Origin: Azolla caroliniana
Lineage: Eukaryota; Plantae; Polypodiophyta
NCBI GenBank assembly: GCA_043228905.1
Contig: JBHGNT010000005.1
Location: 20,398,001 to 20,462,000 of the forward strand
Reading direction: 5' to 3'
Length of the DNA stretch: 64,000 nucleotides
In this document: piece by piece, positions 50,801 to 64,000 of the stretch
Layout: each line of letters starts with the position of its first letter
How positions within the stretch are numbered: position 1 is the first letter of the stretch
Position numbers and translations under genes: made by a program
The notes under the pieces: generated by a model
What the model was told of the DNA's origin: nothing
Seen by the model: the letters and a program-made list of their open reading frames with translations, nothing else
The model's database searches: none

Positions 50801-53800
50801 CGACACAAATTCTCGTGTAGATACACGCCGCAGCAGAACGGCGTGGCCGAGCGGAAGAATCAGACAATTGAAGAAGCGGCCAGGGCAATGCTTGAGTGTC
50901 GCCACATGAGCTGTATTTTGGAAAGAAGCCGAACTTGACACACCTGAGGATTTTTGGCAGCATTGCGTATGTGCATGTGCCAAAGGAGAAAAGGAGGATC
51001 CTAGATGCCAAGGCTGAGAAATGTATCTTGGTCGGCTATACAGACGAGCAAAATGGGTATAAGTGTTATAACCCCCAAACGAAGGAAGTACGCATAAGCT
51101 GCGATATCGTATTTGACGAGTCCACTTCGTGGTGCTTGTCTTCTCCTCTAGAACCTCATGACTCCATTCCGATTTCTGAAGACGAAGTCAGCGAGGCTGA
51201 TATGCCTCCGCATGATGAGGACATTAGAGCTCTGAGAGAGAGTCCGATCTCATTTCGACTGAGTGGGCCGAATGAGGGGTTGGGCCGAGATGACCAACCA
51301 GATGATGAGACGGTGAGTAGTGGAAACTTGGCCATAATGTCCCCGCGTAAAGAACCGAGGAGACGGGTAAGAAGGAGACGTTGGAATACGATTTCGGTAC
51401 TGCAGAGTGAGTTTCAAGCGAATCTCACCTCAAGCCAGTCGAGAAGGAACCTCCATGAAAGAGGTTGAAATCGACCAGAAAGCTCACGAAATCGGGTAAT
51501 CATGAATTACGCTGATGTACCCGCCAGAAGAACCTTGTAAAGAGGTACGGGTATAAGGAGTACATGGCGCACCATTACGCATACATGACGCGAGTGGCGG
51601 AAGTGCGTGAACCGGAGAGCTACACAGAAGTGGCGGAAGACACAAATTGGCGTGCCGCGATGGAGGAAGAGATGGGACATGGGACCTAGTTGACGCACCG
51701 AAGGGTGTAAAGCCGATCGGATGCAGATGGGTGTATAAGGTGAAATACAACATTGATGGCTCTGTCAACCGCTACAAGGCCAGTTTAGTAGCGAAAGGCT
51801 ACGCGCAAAAGCACAGCATGGACTATGACGAGACCTTCGCACTTGTCGCGAAGATGACTATTGTGCGAGTCCTACTAGCCGTAGTAGCGGCAAAGCGGTG
51901 GCATTTACATCAGATGGATGTAAAGAATGCGTTCCTGCAAGTTGTTCTTCAGGAGCAGGTGTACATGATACAGTCCCCCGGATTTCTATCCGAACAAAAC
52001 ACCTCGGCAGTTTGCTGATTGAAGAAGTCCTTATACGGACTAAAGCAAGCCCCGCGAGCTTGGAACACAAAGATTACGCAACGATTGCATAGGATGGGGT
52101 TTGCGCCATCAAAATCGGACTCTTCTCTATTTGTTCGGCAAGGTTAATATGGACCAGTCAGCCTACTCTTGTACGTTGATGATTTGGTCATCGTCGGTGC
52201 CGACCTTGACAAAATTCGCCGTGTGAAGTCTCAGCTTGCAGCATCGTTTGAAATGAAGGATCTCGGAGACCTTCATTACTTCCTCGGGATCGAAGTGATC
52301 CGTACCCCCGAAGGCATATTGATCAGTCAGCGTCATTATGCGCTGAATAAGCTCTTCAAGTTCAGGATGGCAAATTGTAAGCCCATCTCGATCCCTCTGG
52401 ACAGAAACGTAAAGCTTCGCCAGGATTCGGAAAAGGCGTGCGACCTAACATTGTTCCGATAGGTTGTTGGCCGCCTTATCTATCTGACGATTACTCGGCC
52501 GGATCTTAGTTATCCAATTAGCTTAATTAGTCAATTCATGTCACAGCCTATGGCCGAACACCTTCAGTGCGTGCAAAGGATATTGCGATATGTAAGCGGC
52601 ACAAAAGACATGGTGTTGTTATATCGAGTAGGTGTAGCCGAAAAATTAGTAGGCTACACGGATGTCGATTGGGCCGGAAATGCTCACGATCGTCGATCCA
52701 CATCTAGAAACACATTCTCGTTAGGAAGTGTGGCGATCAAGTGGAGCAACAAAAAGAAGCCGACAGTAGCACTGTTGAGCACGGAGGCTGAATATTGAGG
52801 GGTGACTGTCGCTACGTGCGAAGTCATTTGGCTGAAACGGCTATTACGGGATCTGCAGGTACAAGTGTCTGATCCGACGACGAGCCATTGTGACAACCTT
52901 AGTAGTATCCACCTTGCGAAGAACCCCGTGTTCCATCCCCGAACCAAGCACATTGAGGTGCATTACCATTTTGTCCGTGAGCAGGTTCTTTCAGGAGAAG
53001 TCAAATTGGTGCATGTTTCGACTGATCGGCATATTGCCGACATCTTCACAAAACCTCTTGGTCTTGACAAGTTACGATATTTCTCGGGTGCACTTGGGTT
53101 GCATCGCCTCGAACCACCAAACTTGAGGGGGAGACAGGAAGAACAGGAACAAGAGCGTGAAAGGACCAGGGGTGTTCATCGTGAAGCCGAAGACAGAAGC
53201 AAGGGCCGTAAGCATAAGGAGTCGAAGACAACCGAATCAAGGGGAGATGAGGCCAAGACTAAGACGTGGTCGGATGTTGTCAAGGGCCTGAAGATTGAAG
53301 ACGAATTGGAGACAACCAATTCGGATGAGAGCGGAATTGAATCAGAAATGTTCGATTCAATCGGATTGTTCAATTCGGATACGCCGAATCAACTGGAGGC
53401 CATTCGGAGAAAAGGGAAGCGAAGTAAACGCCGACACCGCGACAACAAGGGAGCTGAGAAGGGCCGGATGAGCAAACAAGCCGACCGGAAGGGTCGAAGC
53501 GCGTGGAATCGAATGGGTCGAGGAGTGCGAGCGAGGTGTAAAGCCAGAAGGAACCAAAGCGTAGATCCGACAGAGCAAGTGGAACCTCAAGTTGAGCTTG
53601 AGGGGGAGTGTTGAGTGACAAGCTCAACATTCGGTGCGTAATACGTAGCGTAACCCAATGCGTAGACTGGGTGCGTGAAAAAGTACGCACAACAGGGCCG
53701 CATCGGTGTGAAAACCGAAGAGGCTGTTAGAGCGTTATTCCTCGTAAAGGGATAATTTTGGGAGTTTGTGTAGTCAGCTCATTTATGAGAATTCAAGTAC

Positions 53801-54050
53801 TGTCAGTACTTGTGTTAGCCCGATTTTCAGGGCTTGTATATAAGGTGCTCACTGAGCACGAAGTATGTACAGAACAAAGAGTCATTATTTTGAATAAGAG
53901 TTTTTCTGCTGTCTGCTCTCTTTCTCTCTCTCTGTCTCTCCATCTCCATTTCCATCTTTGCGTTTTTTGTTTTTTACTGAACTGTCTTATTCCTCCGAAC
54001 TGTGTACTCTGTGTTTACGCACAACCTTCCGCACAACGTATTCTTTCACA
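47872..54050 (+). mobile_element. Full-length decayed Ty1/copia element F, 5-bp TSD CATTA
   Basis: LTRs 47872-48865 (interrupted) and 53609-54050; PBS 48866; gag, PR, IN, RT and RH motifs with many stops; PPT GAGGGGGAG; CATTA at 47867-47871 and 54051-54055. Confidence 0.95.
47999..48550 (+). mobile_element. Solo TrpG LTR (copy 5) in the copia F 5' LTR
   Basis: Highly similar to 19669-20210; absent from the F 3' LTR, where the empty site is GCGT at 53732-53735. Confidence 0.93.
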
Positions 54051-55036
54051 CATTAAAACAACAAATACAACAAATACAACAAATATAACAAATACAACAA
54101 ATACAACAAATACAACAAAGTGGACAAAATATGTGCATAGTACACAGATATTATGTGGAAACCCTAAACGGGGGAAAAACCACGGGAATAAAGATCCACT
54201 ATATTAGATAATATATAAGGGAGAATAGATTACAACACTCTCTGATCAAAGTGTATCAGTCACACCGAACTACAGACAATTTGTCTATGCTTAAGGTCCT
54301 AGAGTCAGTATCTGATCTCGCCATTTGGTCCATAGCCAAACAAAATGCATTTCCTAGACCTCGATTTGAGTTTTCGGTGATCGTCCTTTAGTATGAGGGT
54401 GAAAATTCAGCTTATTTCCGGTCCATAATTCTTGAGGTGTTCGAAGTCCCCGAGGCTTACTCAACGACATGTTGATTATGTGTATTGTCATACATTGGGC
54501 CTCTACCTAGAAGCCATCTGACAATCTGGAGTGTTGGAGTATGGACACTACTCATTCCTGAACTGTCCGATTCATCTTTTGGGCAATTCCGTTCTGCTTC
54601 GGACTATGTGGTACTGTGTATTCTCTTCTGATGTTGCGTTGTCAGCAAAATTTGTCAAATTCTTCAAGCTTAAACTCTCCTCCATTGTTGATCCGAAGGC
54701 ATTTTAACTTTTGACCATATTGGTTCTCTGCCATGGCGAGCCATTTCTGGAAAATCGAGAAAACCCGATCTTTGGTTTTGGCTGGGTATATCCACACCTT
54801 GTGAGTGAGTCATCGATGAAGCTAACGAAGGACAAGGCAACACTAAGAGACTAATGTGGCATTAGGCCACAGACATCCAAATGGACCAAATCGAGCGGGC
54901 TCGATTTTGTCGGTGCTGTCGCCGGGTGTGAAGCTGCGGCTTGCTTTCTATATTAGCAATGCTCGCAGAATTGGTGATGTATCCGGCTCTAGATAAATGC
55001 GTTATGAGGGCGTTGTTGAGGTGTCCAAGTCATCCG
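54051..55036 (-). mobile_element. Old Ty1/copia fragment I (LTR remnant, also 47846-47871, plus decayed integrase)
   Basis: Minus-strand translation gives LDLVHLDVCG..SFIDDS..LKCLRINNGGE..KQNGIAQKMNRT; U5-like CCGTGGTTTTTCCC..GGGTTTCCAC. Confidence 0.75.
54058..54119 (+). repeat. 9-bp tandem repeat (ACAACAAAT) x about 7
   Basis: Directly visible. Confidence 0.9.
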
Positions 55037-56954
55037 TGTTGGGAATTCGGTCCCTCTGGATGAGAATCAGACAAGCCGGATTGGACGAACCAAAGGAAAG
55101 AACCGGATCGAATGGATCCGGTTTGGTATCCGGCCAGACATTAGTTTAAATAGTCCTAAAGTTACATAAGTATAAATATAACTAGGGCAACAATGCTAAA
55201 GATGTTATCATTATAGTTGTACAAAGAGAGATAGAGAGGGAGAGAGAGATATAGAAAGTTTTTATGTTGTAACTGCTGATAGGCGAAGATAGAGCAAGAG
55301 GTCATTGCCTCTAAGTCTCTTGTTGTACCTTCCTCTCATAGTGATAGTTGGAGTCTGTGGGCCCCCGTGGTTTTTCCCGATTAGGGTTTTCCACATAAAC
55401 ATTCAGTGTTGTCTCTATTGTCTGTGTAAGTGCATTGCTACTTTTTGTTTATTTCTTCTATTGTGAGTTTTAGACTCGGTTGTGGCCGAGCACTATTTCT
55501 TTCAAATTGGTATCAGAGCATGCAAAATCCATTCTACGACATGTTCAAGCTCATGGGCTCGAACTACCTAGTACGGAAGTTGAAGATGAGGGACATGCTA
55601 GTGGTCAGATCTGTGGCTCTCGGTACAGTTTGGGGACAAAAGACCGGACAAGATGGATGCCGCTACATGGGAAGTAATGTACATGAAAAAGACGACATAA
55701 TGCGTCATTGACATGAGTCTATACAATAACTTCAATGAAGAGAACAAGGCCAATGAGCTTTGGGAGGAGCTTGGCACGATGTTGGAAAACAAAAATGTTG
55801 TAAATCGGGTCTCGGTATTCCGGAGATAGTGAGGCTCTGGTATCAAGACAGCGCCAACATGGCATAACATATGAACCCCTTCCCAGGGTTGATAAACCAG
55901 ACTACCTTGCTTGAAGTACCGTTAGCCGATGAGGTATTGGCATTGTTATTGCTCGGATTCCTTCCGGATAGTTGGGAGACGTTGGTTGTCACTCTAGGCA
56001 ATGCCAGACCAGAAGGAAAGAACTTATCCCTAACGAGAGTGAAGTCAAGTTTGCTAAACGAAGAAGCTCGCCGGAAAGACCGGAAGTCCGGAACCGATCT
56101 GAAGGTTGTTGTTACCGAAGACAACCATAATTGGGGAAGAGGCCGGAATCGGAGTCTCCAGAATTGGGACAAATTGGGGACAAGGTCGAAGTAAAGGGGA
56201 GGGCCACTTGTTTTTATTGCGGTGTCGCGGAAATCCGCGTGTGTCGGATAGGACGGGACCACGGGGGTCTTGGACTAGGGAGTAGGAGGATGGAGAGAAG
56301 CTTGGGAGTTCAACTGAGAAGGAAAAGAAAGATTAAGATTCAAGAGACTAAGATCTAAACAAGATAAGATACATTATGGAAAGCACCACATCAATTACAA
56401 CCGTGGCTGTTTAGGCTGAATGTAAACCCTCTAGATGAAACCCTAACTGAATAGGGGATTTGACCACTCCTTTTTGTAATGACCCCTCACTCCCTTTTAT
56501 AGTAATAAGGGATGAGGCACATTACAAAAAGGAGTGCTCAAATCCCCTTTCTTTCAAAGGAGAGTATTTGACCTCAATCTTAGGAGGTGAGATTGATGGG
56601 TCTTAACTCCCTCTCCTCTCACCGACATACTCAATGCCCACTACTGCCTATACCCATACTTCATGTGCCTCCCTCTAGTCTACAAAGTGCACATCACCTT
56701 TATATCTTTACATCTTACTTTTCCTCCTTACATTTGTCTATTATTCCTATGTTACAATTTTCCTAAGTTCACGTGCAATGTTGCACATATTGTTTTATTC
56801 CTCCCGCTCGGGTTTTCTCACCATGGCCGAAAATCCTCATGACAGCGGAAAGCCGGGGCACTTCCAGAAGAATTGCCGACACTTCCGGAAGGAGAAAGGA
56901 ACTGACAATGCCGACTCAAAGAAGGGCCCAGACCGTAAAGGAATGTCGGCAATC
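55037..56954 (+). mobile_element. Ty1/copia fragment J (copia C-related; LTR 55037-55504, PBS 55508-55519, gag)
   Basis: MFKLMGSNY.., LPDSWETLVVTL, knuckle CFYCG|KPGHFQKNC split by a solo LTR. Confidence 0.88.
56223..56844 (-). mobile_element. Solo TrpG-related LTR (copy 6), perfect 4-bp TSD GCGG
   Basis: Ends TGTCATGAGG..CGCGACA on minus; shares CTCCCTAGTCCAAGACCCCCG.GGTCCCG with copy 2. GCGG at 56219-56222 and 56845-56848. Excision restores host CFYCGKPGHFQ. Confidence 0.9.
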
Positions 56955-59900
56955 TGTTAGAAATATTGAGAATCGATTAGATAGGTATATAGAGTTACAA
57001 CCATAGAGATGGATATATGAAAAGAAAACTTCTATTACATATGAGAGTAGCTCACAATGGTAGTTCACCCATGCGCTCACACCTTGGCGATTAGATGGGA
57101 TTTGGACCAGCTCACTACAAAATTAGTGGGGACTGATGATCAATCCACCACTGTGTAAGACAATGGATTATATTCTCTGTTTGGTCTGAGTGTAACATTA
57201 AATGTGCATGTCAGTTGATAGTAGTGGAGATATCCCTTTTCTATCAACTGACTCGTCATTTAATATGACCCAACTCCCGAGATACAGGATAATGCTAGAT
57301 AGTACTTATCTTTAAGTCAATGGCACATACTTCAAGACTAAGTACATAGTAACTGGCCCACAAAATATTCTAGTTGACTTGATTAGCCAATCCTATTACC
57401 TATGTCGTTCTTTCCTAAATCCATTGTGTCTTACGCATCTGCAGTTTCCTAGATTAACACCTTATCGACCCATAGGGTCGACTTGCACACTAGCCGCTCC
57501 TCATTTGGGGTGCTATCACAAAATGTGCACTCTAAGAGCATATATGGGGATAGATTTACAACTTGGGGCTGATCATTGATTATATTGAACACGTCCCCTC
57601 AATGGTCAACCCATTGAGTTCACTTGGAATAGGGCCAACTTCTAGTCATCGAAGGTGTTGTTGTGGTTGTTCTGCTCCAAGCGCCTTTGTGAAGATATCT
57701 GCAACATTTTCTGATGTCGGACAATACTCAAGCTCCACAGTCTCATCATTTATTAGCTCCCACACATAGTGATATTGAATCTCTATGTCTTTAGTACGTG
57801 CATGAAATATGAGGTTCTTGGCAACGGCCATGCAACTCCGATTGTCACACCTCAATACCATTGCCATCCTTATTGGAACCATCACATCCATAAGGATTCT
57901 TCTTAGCCAAACTACCTCGCATGCCGTTATGCATGCAGCTTTGTATTCTGCCTCCGTTGAAGATAGTGCCAGTGTTGGTTGTTTTTTACTACTCCATGAA
58001 ACAACATCACTATCTCCAGCCCAGTCGGAGTCGCAATATCCATGAAGTTTGTCAATTTTTGGCTTGTAGAAGATTCCATAATTTAAAGTACCCACAATGT
58101 ACTTTAATACATGTAGTACAGCTTTCCAATGAGTCTCCTTCGGCTTGTTGCTAAATCGACTCACCACACCAACTGTAAAACAAATATCTGGCCTAGTGTT
58201 GCATAGGAAAATTAGACTTCCTACTAGTTTTCTATACTTCCTTATGTTAACCATTGGTGACGGGTCTTCTTGGGATAGCTTGCAGTTTGACTCCATTGGA
58301 GTCAACTTTGACTTTGTTGTCCATCATCCCAAAGGTCTTCAAGATCTCTGTTGTGTACTTCCTTTGTGACATGAAGATGCTAACCGAGGTTTGCCAAACC
58401 TCATTTCCAAGGAAGTAGTGTAAAATTCCCAAGTCTATCATTTCAAACTCAATTTTCAAACACTCTTGTGTTTGGCCAATACACTCTTCATGGTCACCAG
58501 TAAGTACTAGATCATCCACGTAAATGATGATGATGACTTGTTTCCCGTCCTACATTTTGACATACATACTTGCATCCAAAGCACATTGCTTAAAGTCGAT
58601 TTATTGTAAGAAGCTGTCTATCCTCTTGTTCCAAGCTCTTGGTGCTTGCTTTAGACCATACAACACCATCTTCATCTTGCAGACTTTGTTTTCTGAATTC
58701 GGCATCTCAAGCCCTGGTGGTTGTGTCACATATACCTCCTCCTTGAGATGCCCATTCAGAAATGCCAATTTGACATCCATTTGATAAATCAGCCATCCTC
58801 TTGAAGTAGCCAATGCTATGACCATTCGAATTGTTGTCATGCAAGCTGTCGGGGCAAATGTTTCTTGTGCATTGAACCCTTCAATTTGGGAGTATCCTTG
58901 CACTACTAGCCTGGCCTTAAATTTCTCCAAAGAACCATAACCTTTATAGTTTACTTCCCACACCCACTTGGTGCCTATCACCTTCCTCTTTGTTGGCCTC
59001 TCTACCAACTCCCATGTGTCATTTTTCAAGATGCTATCGTATTCTGATATCATCACCTCTTTCCACTTCGGGTCGGCCATGGCTTCCTCAATCGAGGTCA
59101 GCTCACTCACTGAGCCTATGATGTCCACCATCAAAGCCATGTTGACAATGTGGTCAGAGGTTCTCCCTTGCTCCTATATTCTTCTTGATATTCGTAATCC
59201 ATCAGTTGAAGTTTTAGGAAACTCAACTTTAGGAGTACGGTCATTGAAGAGTTGTTGAGCCCACTTAGGTATTTTCTTTACATGTGGCACTGGCATAGGC
59301 TAAACTAGCGAGCCATTACAATCAAAGGGTTTAGCTTCCTTTTCTGGATAGTGGGTTGGGATTGGGGGGAATACTTCTTCAGTTGATGAGATAACTTGAG
59401 AATCATTGTCTGTGGTCGTTCCTCATCGAACACCACATTGCGGGTTGTCAATATCTTTCTTGCCCCTGGATCGTAGAGTCAATAGACCTTTGACTCTTCA
59501 CTATATCAAAGAAAGATACATTTCTTGCTTTTAGCATCCAACTTCTTTCTGCTCACATCTGGAACATGTGCGTAGCACGTATGTTCTAAAGTGCAGCACT
59601 GAAGGTTTCTTGTTTGAATAAGATTCTTGGGGTGTTTTCCCTTGAAGTGCCTTCGTGTAGCTCCAATTGAGGATCTAAACTGATGTATTCACTGCTTTAG
59701 CCCAGAATGGGTCAGGCAACGCTTGTGCCTTCAACATAAACGTAGCCATCTCGACAACTGTTTGGTTTCGACGTTCAACAACGCTATTTTGTTGTGGGGT
59801 ATAGGCAGTTGTAAGTTGGCGCTTAATTCCATGCTCTTTGCAATACTCACAGAATTCTATAGATAAGAATTCCCCACCTCGAGCAAAGTGTAACTCCGTC

Positions 59901-61240
59901 ACTAACTTTCCGGACTCCCACTCGACAAACTTATGCCATCTCTTGAAGATTTTAAAAGCTTCAACCTTCTCCCAAAGGAAATAAACCCACATCGTTCTAC
60001 TGAAGTCATCGACTACTAGCATATAGTAGAGAGATCCACCCATTGCAGGAGTCACCATTTTTTCAGAGAGGTCGCTGTGTATTAGCTGTAGAGGAGTCTT
60101 TGTCCGATTTTGACTCTCTTTTGGAATGGCTAATCTTTGATTCTTGCCCATCATACAAACATCACAAACATGACTTAAGTCAGATAGGGTTGCCAACCCA
60201 ACTACAATATTCGACTTCTTCATCTCCTTTGACACAACAACATTGAGATGCCCAAATCTGTCATGCGATTGCTTTGTGTTAGTACTTGTGTTGTGGTCAG
60301 TAGAAATTGTAAACACGCTCAGCTCATAGAGATTGTTGTGCCTTACCCCTATTCCTACAACCTTGCCAACAAAATCTATTATTTCTGCACCCGACTTTTT
60401 GAATCGAACATGAAGACCCTTGTCGGTCAGTGTAGAAATGGACAATAGATTCTTCTTGAGATCTGGCATGTACAACACTTGACAGAGATGCTTTGTCCCA
60501 CCGGTCGTTGCTTTGAGGGAGATGGTTCCGGTTCCTTTGACTGGACATCGAGCATTGTTCCCGACCACAACATTGATGGGCTCTTGTAGAGGTGTGCAAG
60601 AGTTGTACTAGTCATGATTTCTGGTCATATGTCAAGATGCTCCACTATCAAAATCAAAGAGTCGTCGACAACTTGAGTGTCAACTGAAGAACACACTTCT
60701 TTAGTTGCGAGCCATAACTCAAGCTCATCTACGACATTGCTGGTGGACTCGGGCTCTCTCCAAGAAGTCTTACTAGAACCATTCTTCTCATCCACCATCT
60801 TCTTCCGACAATCCTTGATTGTGTGGCCCTTCTTGTCACAATAGAAACACAATCCATTGAACTTCTTCTTCTTTGGTATCTTATTCCCATTGTTTGAATT
60901 GAATGCCCCTTTACTCTTAGTCCTAGAGACAAATGCCGAATCTTCCCTTCCTTCTCTTGTCTTCAGCCGAAGCTCCTCTTCAAGCAACATTGCACTTAGT
61001 TCATCAAATTTTAAAGGAGTGGGTCGAACCTGAGTGTTCAATGTTGTCATAATGCTATCATACTTGGAAGGAAGTACTCGAATGCACTGACGAGCTATAT
61101 CCTCTAGAGAGACAACTACTCCAATAGTTGCCAGCTGATCTTGAAGATCCTTAATCCTTTTTACAAAGGATTCTACTTTCGCTCCATTCGTGAGCTTCTT
61201 TGCATCAAGCCATTTTCCACTTGTCCCCAGGCTTGATGCT
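56955..61240 (-). mobile_element. Ty1/copia element K (3' LTR 56955-57591), 5'-truncated
   Basis: CFYCDKKGHTIKDC, IN GGEF/YTPQQN, RT FKARLVVQG/QMDVK/YVDD, RH ARTKDIEIQYHY, PPT TTGAGGGGACG. Confidence 0.9.
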
Positions 61241-62710
61241 CACCAAATTGTAGGCGCCCTAAAGGTCGATTTTGGATAAGATATCCCTAGTTCGGTGTTG
61301 ATCGAGGAGCGTTGGAATTAAGGACATGGGGTAACGATTACGCACCGTAGCTTTGTTGAGACCTCGATAATCCACACATAAGCGTAAGGAGCCACCCTTC
61401 ATTTTTACAAATAAGATTGGTGCCCTGACCGGTGATTTGGAGGGTTGAATGAAGTCCTTCGCGAGTTTCTCAGCCAGATATGTGCGGAGAGCCTCAAGTT
61501 CGAGTTCAGATACCCCATAGATAGGACAGAATGGGGGATGCTCGCCAACTTGGAGTTCGATTGGGCAATCGTAGGGGCAATGAGCCGGTCACCGATCGGT
61601 ATTCCGATTTTCGAAGATGTGGGAAAAGTCGCTATATCGGACGGGTACATTGTTGACAAGAACGGTGATGTCCCCCAACACAAGGGCCAATGTAGCAACC
61701 AAACCGGACTCGACCGCGACGGAATCAAGAGAGTGTAGTGACCTAGAAGGAATTGGCATTACTAGAAAAGTGAGGGAGTGGTTACACCAATCCACAGTCG
61801 GATTGTGTGGCTCCAACCAAGATAGCCCCAACACAATCAGATGTCGGAGAGTTGCAATGAGGTAGAACATGAGTTCCTCCTGATGCTCCCCGACTTGAAG
61901 TACCAACGGCATAGTGGCTTCGGTAACCACTTCAACGGATATGGGTTGTGATGTGCGGACGGTGGGGATATTATGTGTGCGGACAAACGATTTATCGATA
62001 AAGAAAGTAGATTCTCCAGAGTCGAGCAAGGCATGAGAATGTATTGAAGTCGAACCAAAACAAAGACTTCCTTGCAAAGAAAACCCCCCTAATGGCAGAA
62101 CGGACTTGTAGGAGCATGGAGAATGTGAGGAACGGGAAGCGTCCAACAGCATGGCTCCTATTGCAGCTAGACTTGGTTGTTTTCCTGTTGTCGAGAAACC
62201 TCCGCAAGACATACACGATGGAATTGGTGCTGCGGACCCCGCACCAGGCAATGGTGGATGACATGGCCGGGGTTGCCACAATAGAGACAGAGTCCATTGT
62301 CCTGACGATGTTGGTGTTGGCTTTTCGTTAGTGGTTGGAATCGAGCATGGTCAATCTCCATCAGGGTATGGAAATCGACCTCCTTCATGGTATGGGTATC
62401 ACTGGGTGGTGGTAAGGTTGGTGTAGGAGACAAGTAGGGCTTGGTGATTGATGCATTTCGGGAAGAAGCCTGAGACACGCGAGTACCCCATCTTCTTGAC
62501 AAAGTTCGAAGAGACGATTGTCACACTGGATAGTTTGGGAGATTACTTGAGACAACAATTTGGGCTCTGGGAAGTTTAAGAGATGAATCTTGATGTCGTT
62601 TCGGAGACCACGACGGAAATGGTCGCATAGGGCTTGGTCATCCCAATTGACATTGCAGACAATTTGACATAGATCGAGGCTGGACACGAGCCTTGTTGGA
62701 AAGAATAAAG
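61241..62710 (-). mobile_element. Tcn1/Tf1-sushi-like gypsy fragment M (gag end, PR, RT start), related to H
   Basis: CLYCGNPGHVIHHC, ALLDSG, IVLGLSWLEPHNPTVDW, GAPILFVK..SLRLCVDYRGLNK. 62440-62710 is similar to 45380-45670. Confidence 0.85.
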
Positions 62711-62802
62711 CTTTATGGCTAAACCCTAAACCCATTATATACCTGTATTCGAAAGGGCATCGTCGCCGATTTTGATGAACCCTGGCTACTCCGATTTCCT
62801 AA

Positions 62803-64000
62803 TGTTGAGAATCAAGCTCAACTTGGTCTAGTGTGTGAACTCACCTTAAGAGTGAATAGACACTCCAACAGTCAAGAGTCACCATTATGTCACCACTTTG
62901 TATTCTAGCATTTAGTATGAGTCATAGAATCATATTCTATGACACATAACTTATGAGTTTTCACATTCCCCATGCTCCATGAGTCTTGTAGTTAATGAAG
63001 AGAGAGGGTGACTATATAAAGCACCCTCCTCCCACCTTGTATAATGTTGAGTCTTTCTCCTTTGTTAAAATACTCTTACCTTGCGTATTCTCTGTGTTTT
63101 ATTCCTTGTCTCTCTCAATCTCTCTCTCTCTCTCATACACACACATAACTCATATCTCTTCCGCTTCACAAGAATCCATCTCTTGATTCTTTACATGGTA
63201 TCAGAGCGAGGTTGGTACCTCGATCTAGCCCATTCGCCTCATCGTGATCGTGTGTTGTGCTCCACGCCGACGACCAAGAACCGGCTCATCGCTATCGTAG
63301 CTTCGCTACATAGCTCGCATTCGAAGAGAGAAGAAGAAGAAGAAGAATCGACATAATGAATACTCAAATGGGGAGCGCTCTCCCTACCGAAAAGTTGGAT
63401 CAAAACAACTTCGCATCTTGGGAGTACAAGATGCACCAATACCTTGTCGGACAAGGCTATTGGAGATACATCAAAAGAGTGCATGAAGACCGACCCGCCG
63501 AAGCGGCTCCCGGATACGCGACATGGGAGCAAGCCGCAAGTCGTGTGATGTATTTCTTGGCAACATGTGTTCACGATCACATGCTCGGCTACATTTGCGA
63601 ACTCAAGACTCCGAAGGAGGCATGGGAAAATCTACGAAAGATTTTCGCGGCGAACACAACCGCAAGAAGGCTTCACCTCCGCCAAGAGTTGAACAACATT
63701 CAACAAAGGGACATGTCCATCACGACATACACCTCGAAGATCAAGGAGCTTTGCGATTCACTCGGCTCAATAAGCGTAAATATTGATGATGATGAGATGG
63801 TTCAAATATGCCTCGGCGGCCTCGCACCACGGTTCGCCGCGATGCGAACCGCCGTTCTAGCACGGGAGAAATCTCCCTCCTTCGAGCTCCAATCAATGCT
63901 ATTGGTCGAAGAAAACCATGTGCATACAAGGAGCAATGAGTCGGAAGGCCACATGATCTACACGCACTCGAACGGAGGAAGAGTACGAAGACGGCCGAGA
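62803..64000 (+). mobile_element. Ty1/copia element L (LTR 62803-63195, PBS 63196-63207, gag), family of A, runs off the window
   Basis: TGTTGAGAATC..CA; TGGTATCAGAGC; gag MNTQMGSALPTEKLDQNNFASWEYKMHQYL. Confidence 0.9.

Overview
Eukaryotic plant nuclear DNA. A seed-free land plant such as a fern, lycophyte or bryophyte is a guess from the TE families, not proven. One intact host gene sits at the left end: a 6-exon adenylate kinase (532-3085, 244 aa). It is followed by a Tic20-II-like pseudogene and a captured S-adenosylmethionine synthetase fragment. From about 4.4 kb onward the window is mostly a nested pile of decayed LTR retrotransposons: about nine Ty1/copia copies or fragments, an Athila/Tat-like Ty3/gypsy with a 1.4-kb inverted duplication and an extra 3' ORF, and two Tcn1/Tf1-sushi-like gypsy fragments. 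One of the latter shows a Tf1-style 11-nt self-priming signature. The most striking signal is a pol-less, Gag-only LTR family (here 'TrpG') present six times. It is primed by tRNA-Trp and has an atypical G/T-rich PPT. It makes 4-bp target-site duplications centred on a CpG (CCGT, GCGG, GCGT, ACGG) and sits only in or against other TEs. All calls were made by eye without database searches; coordinates may be off by a few bases.
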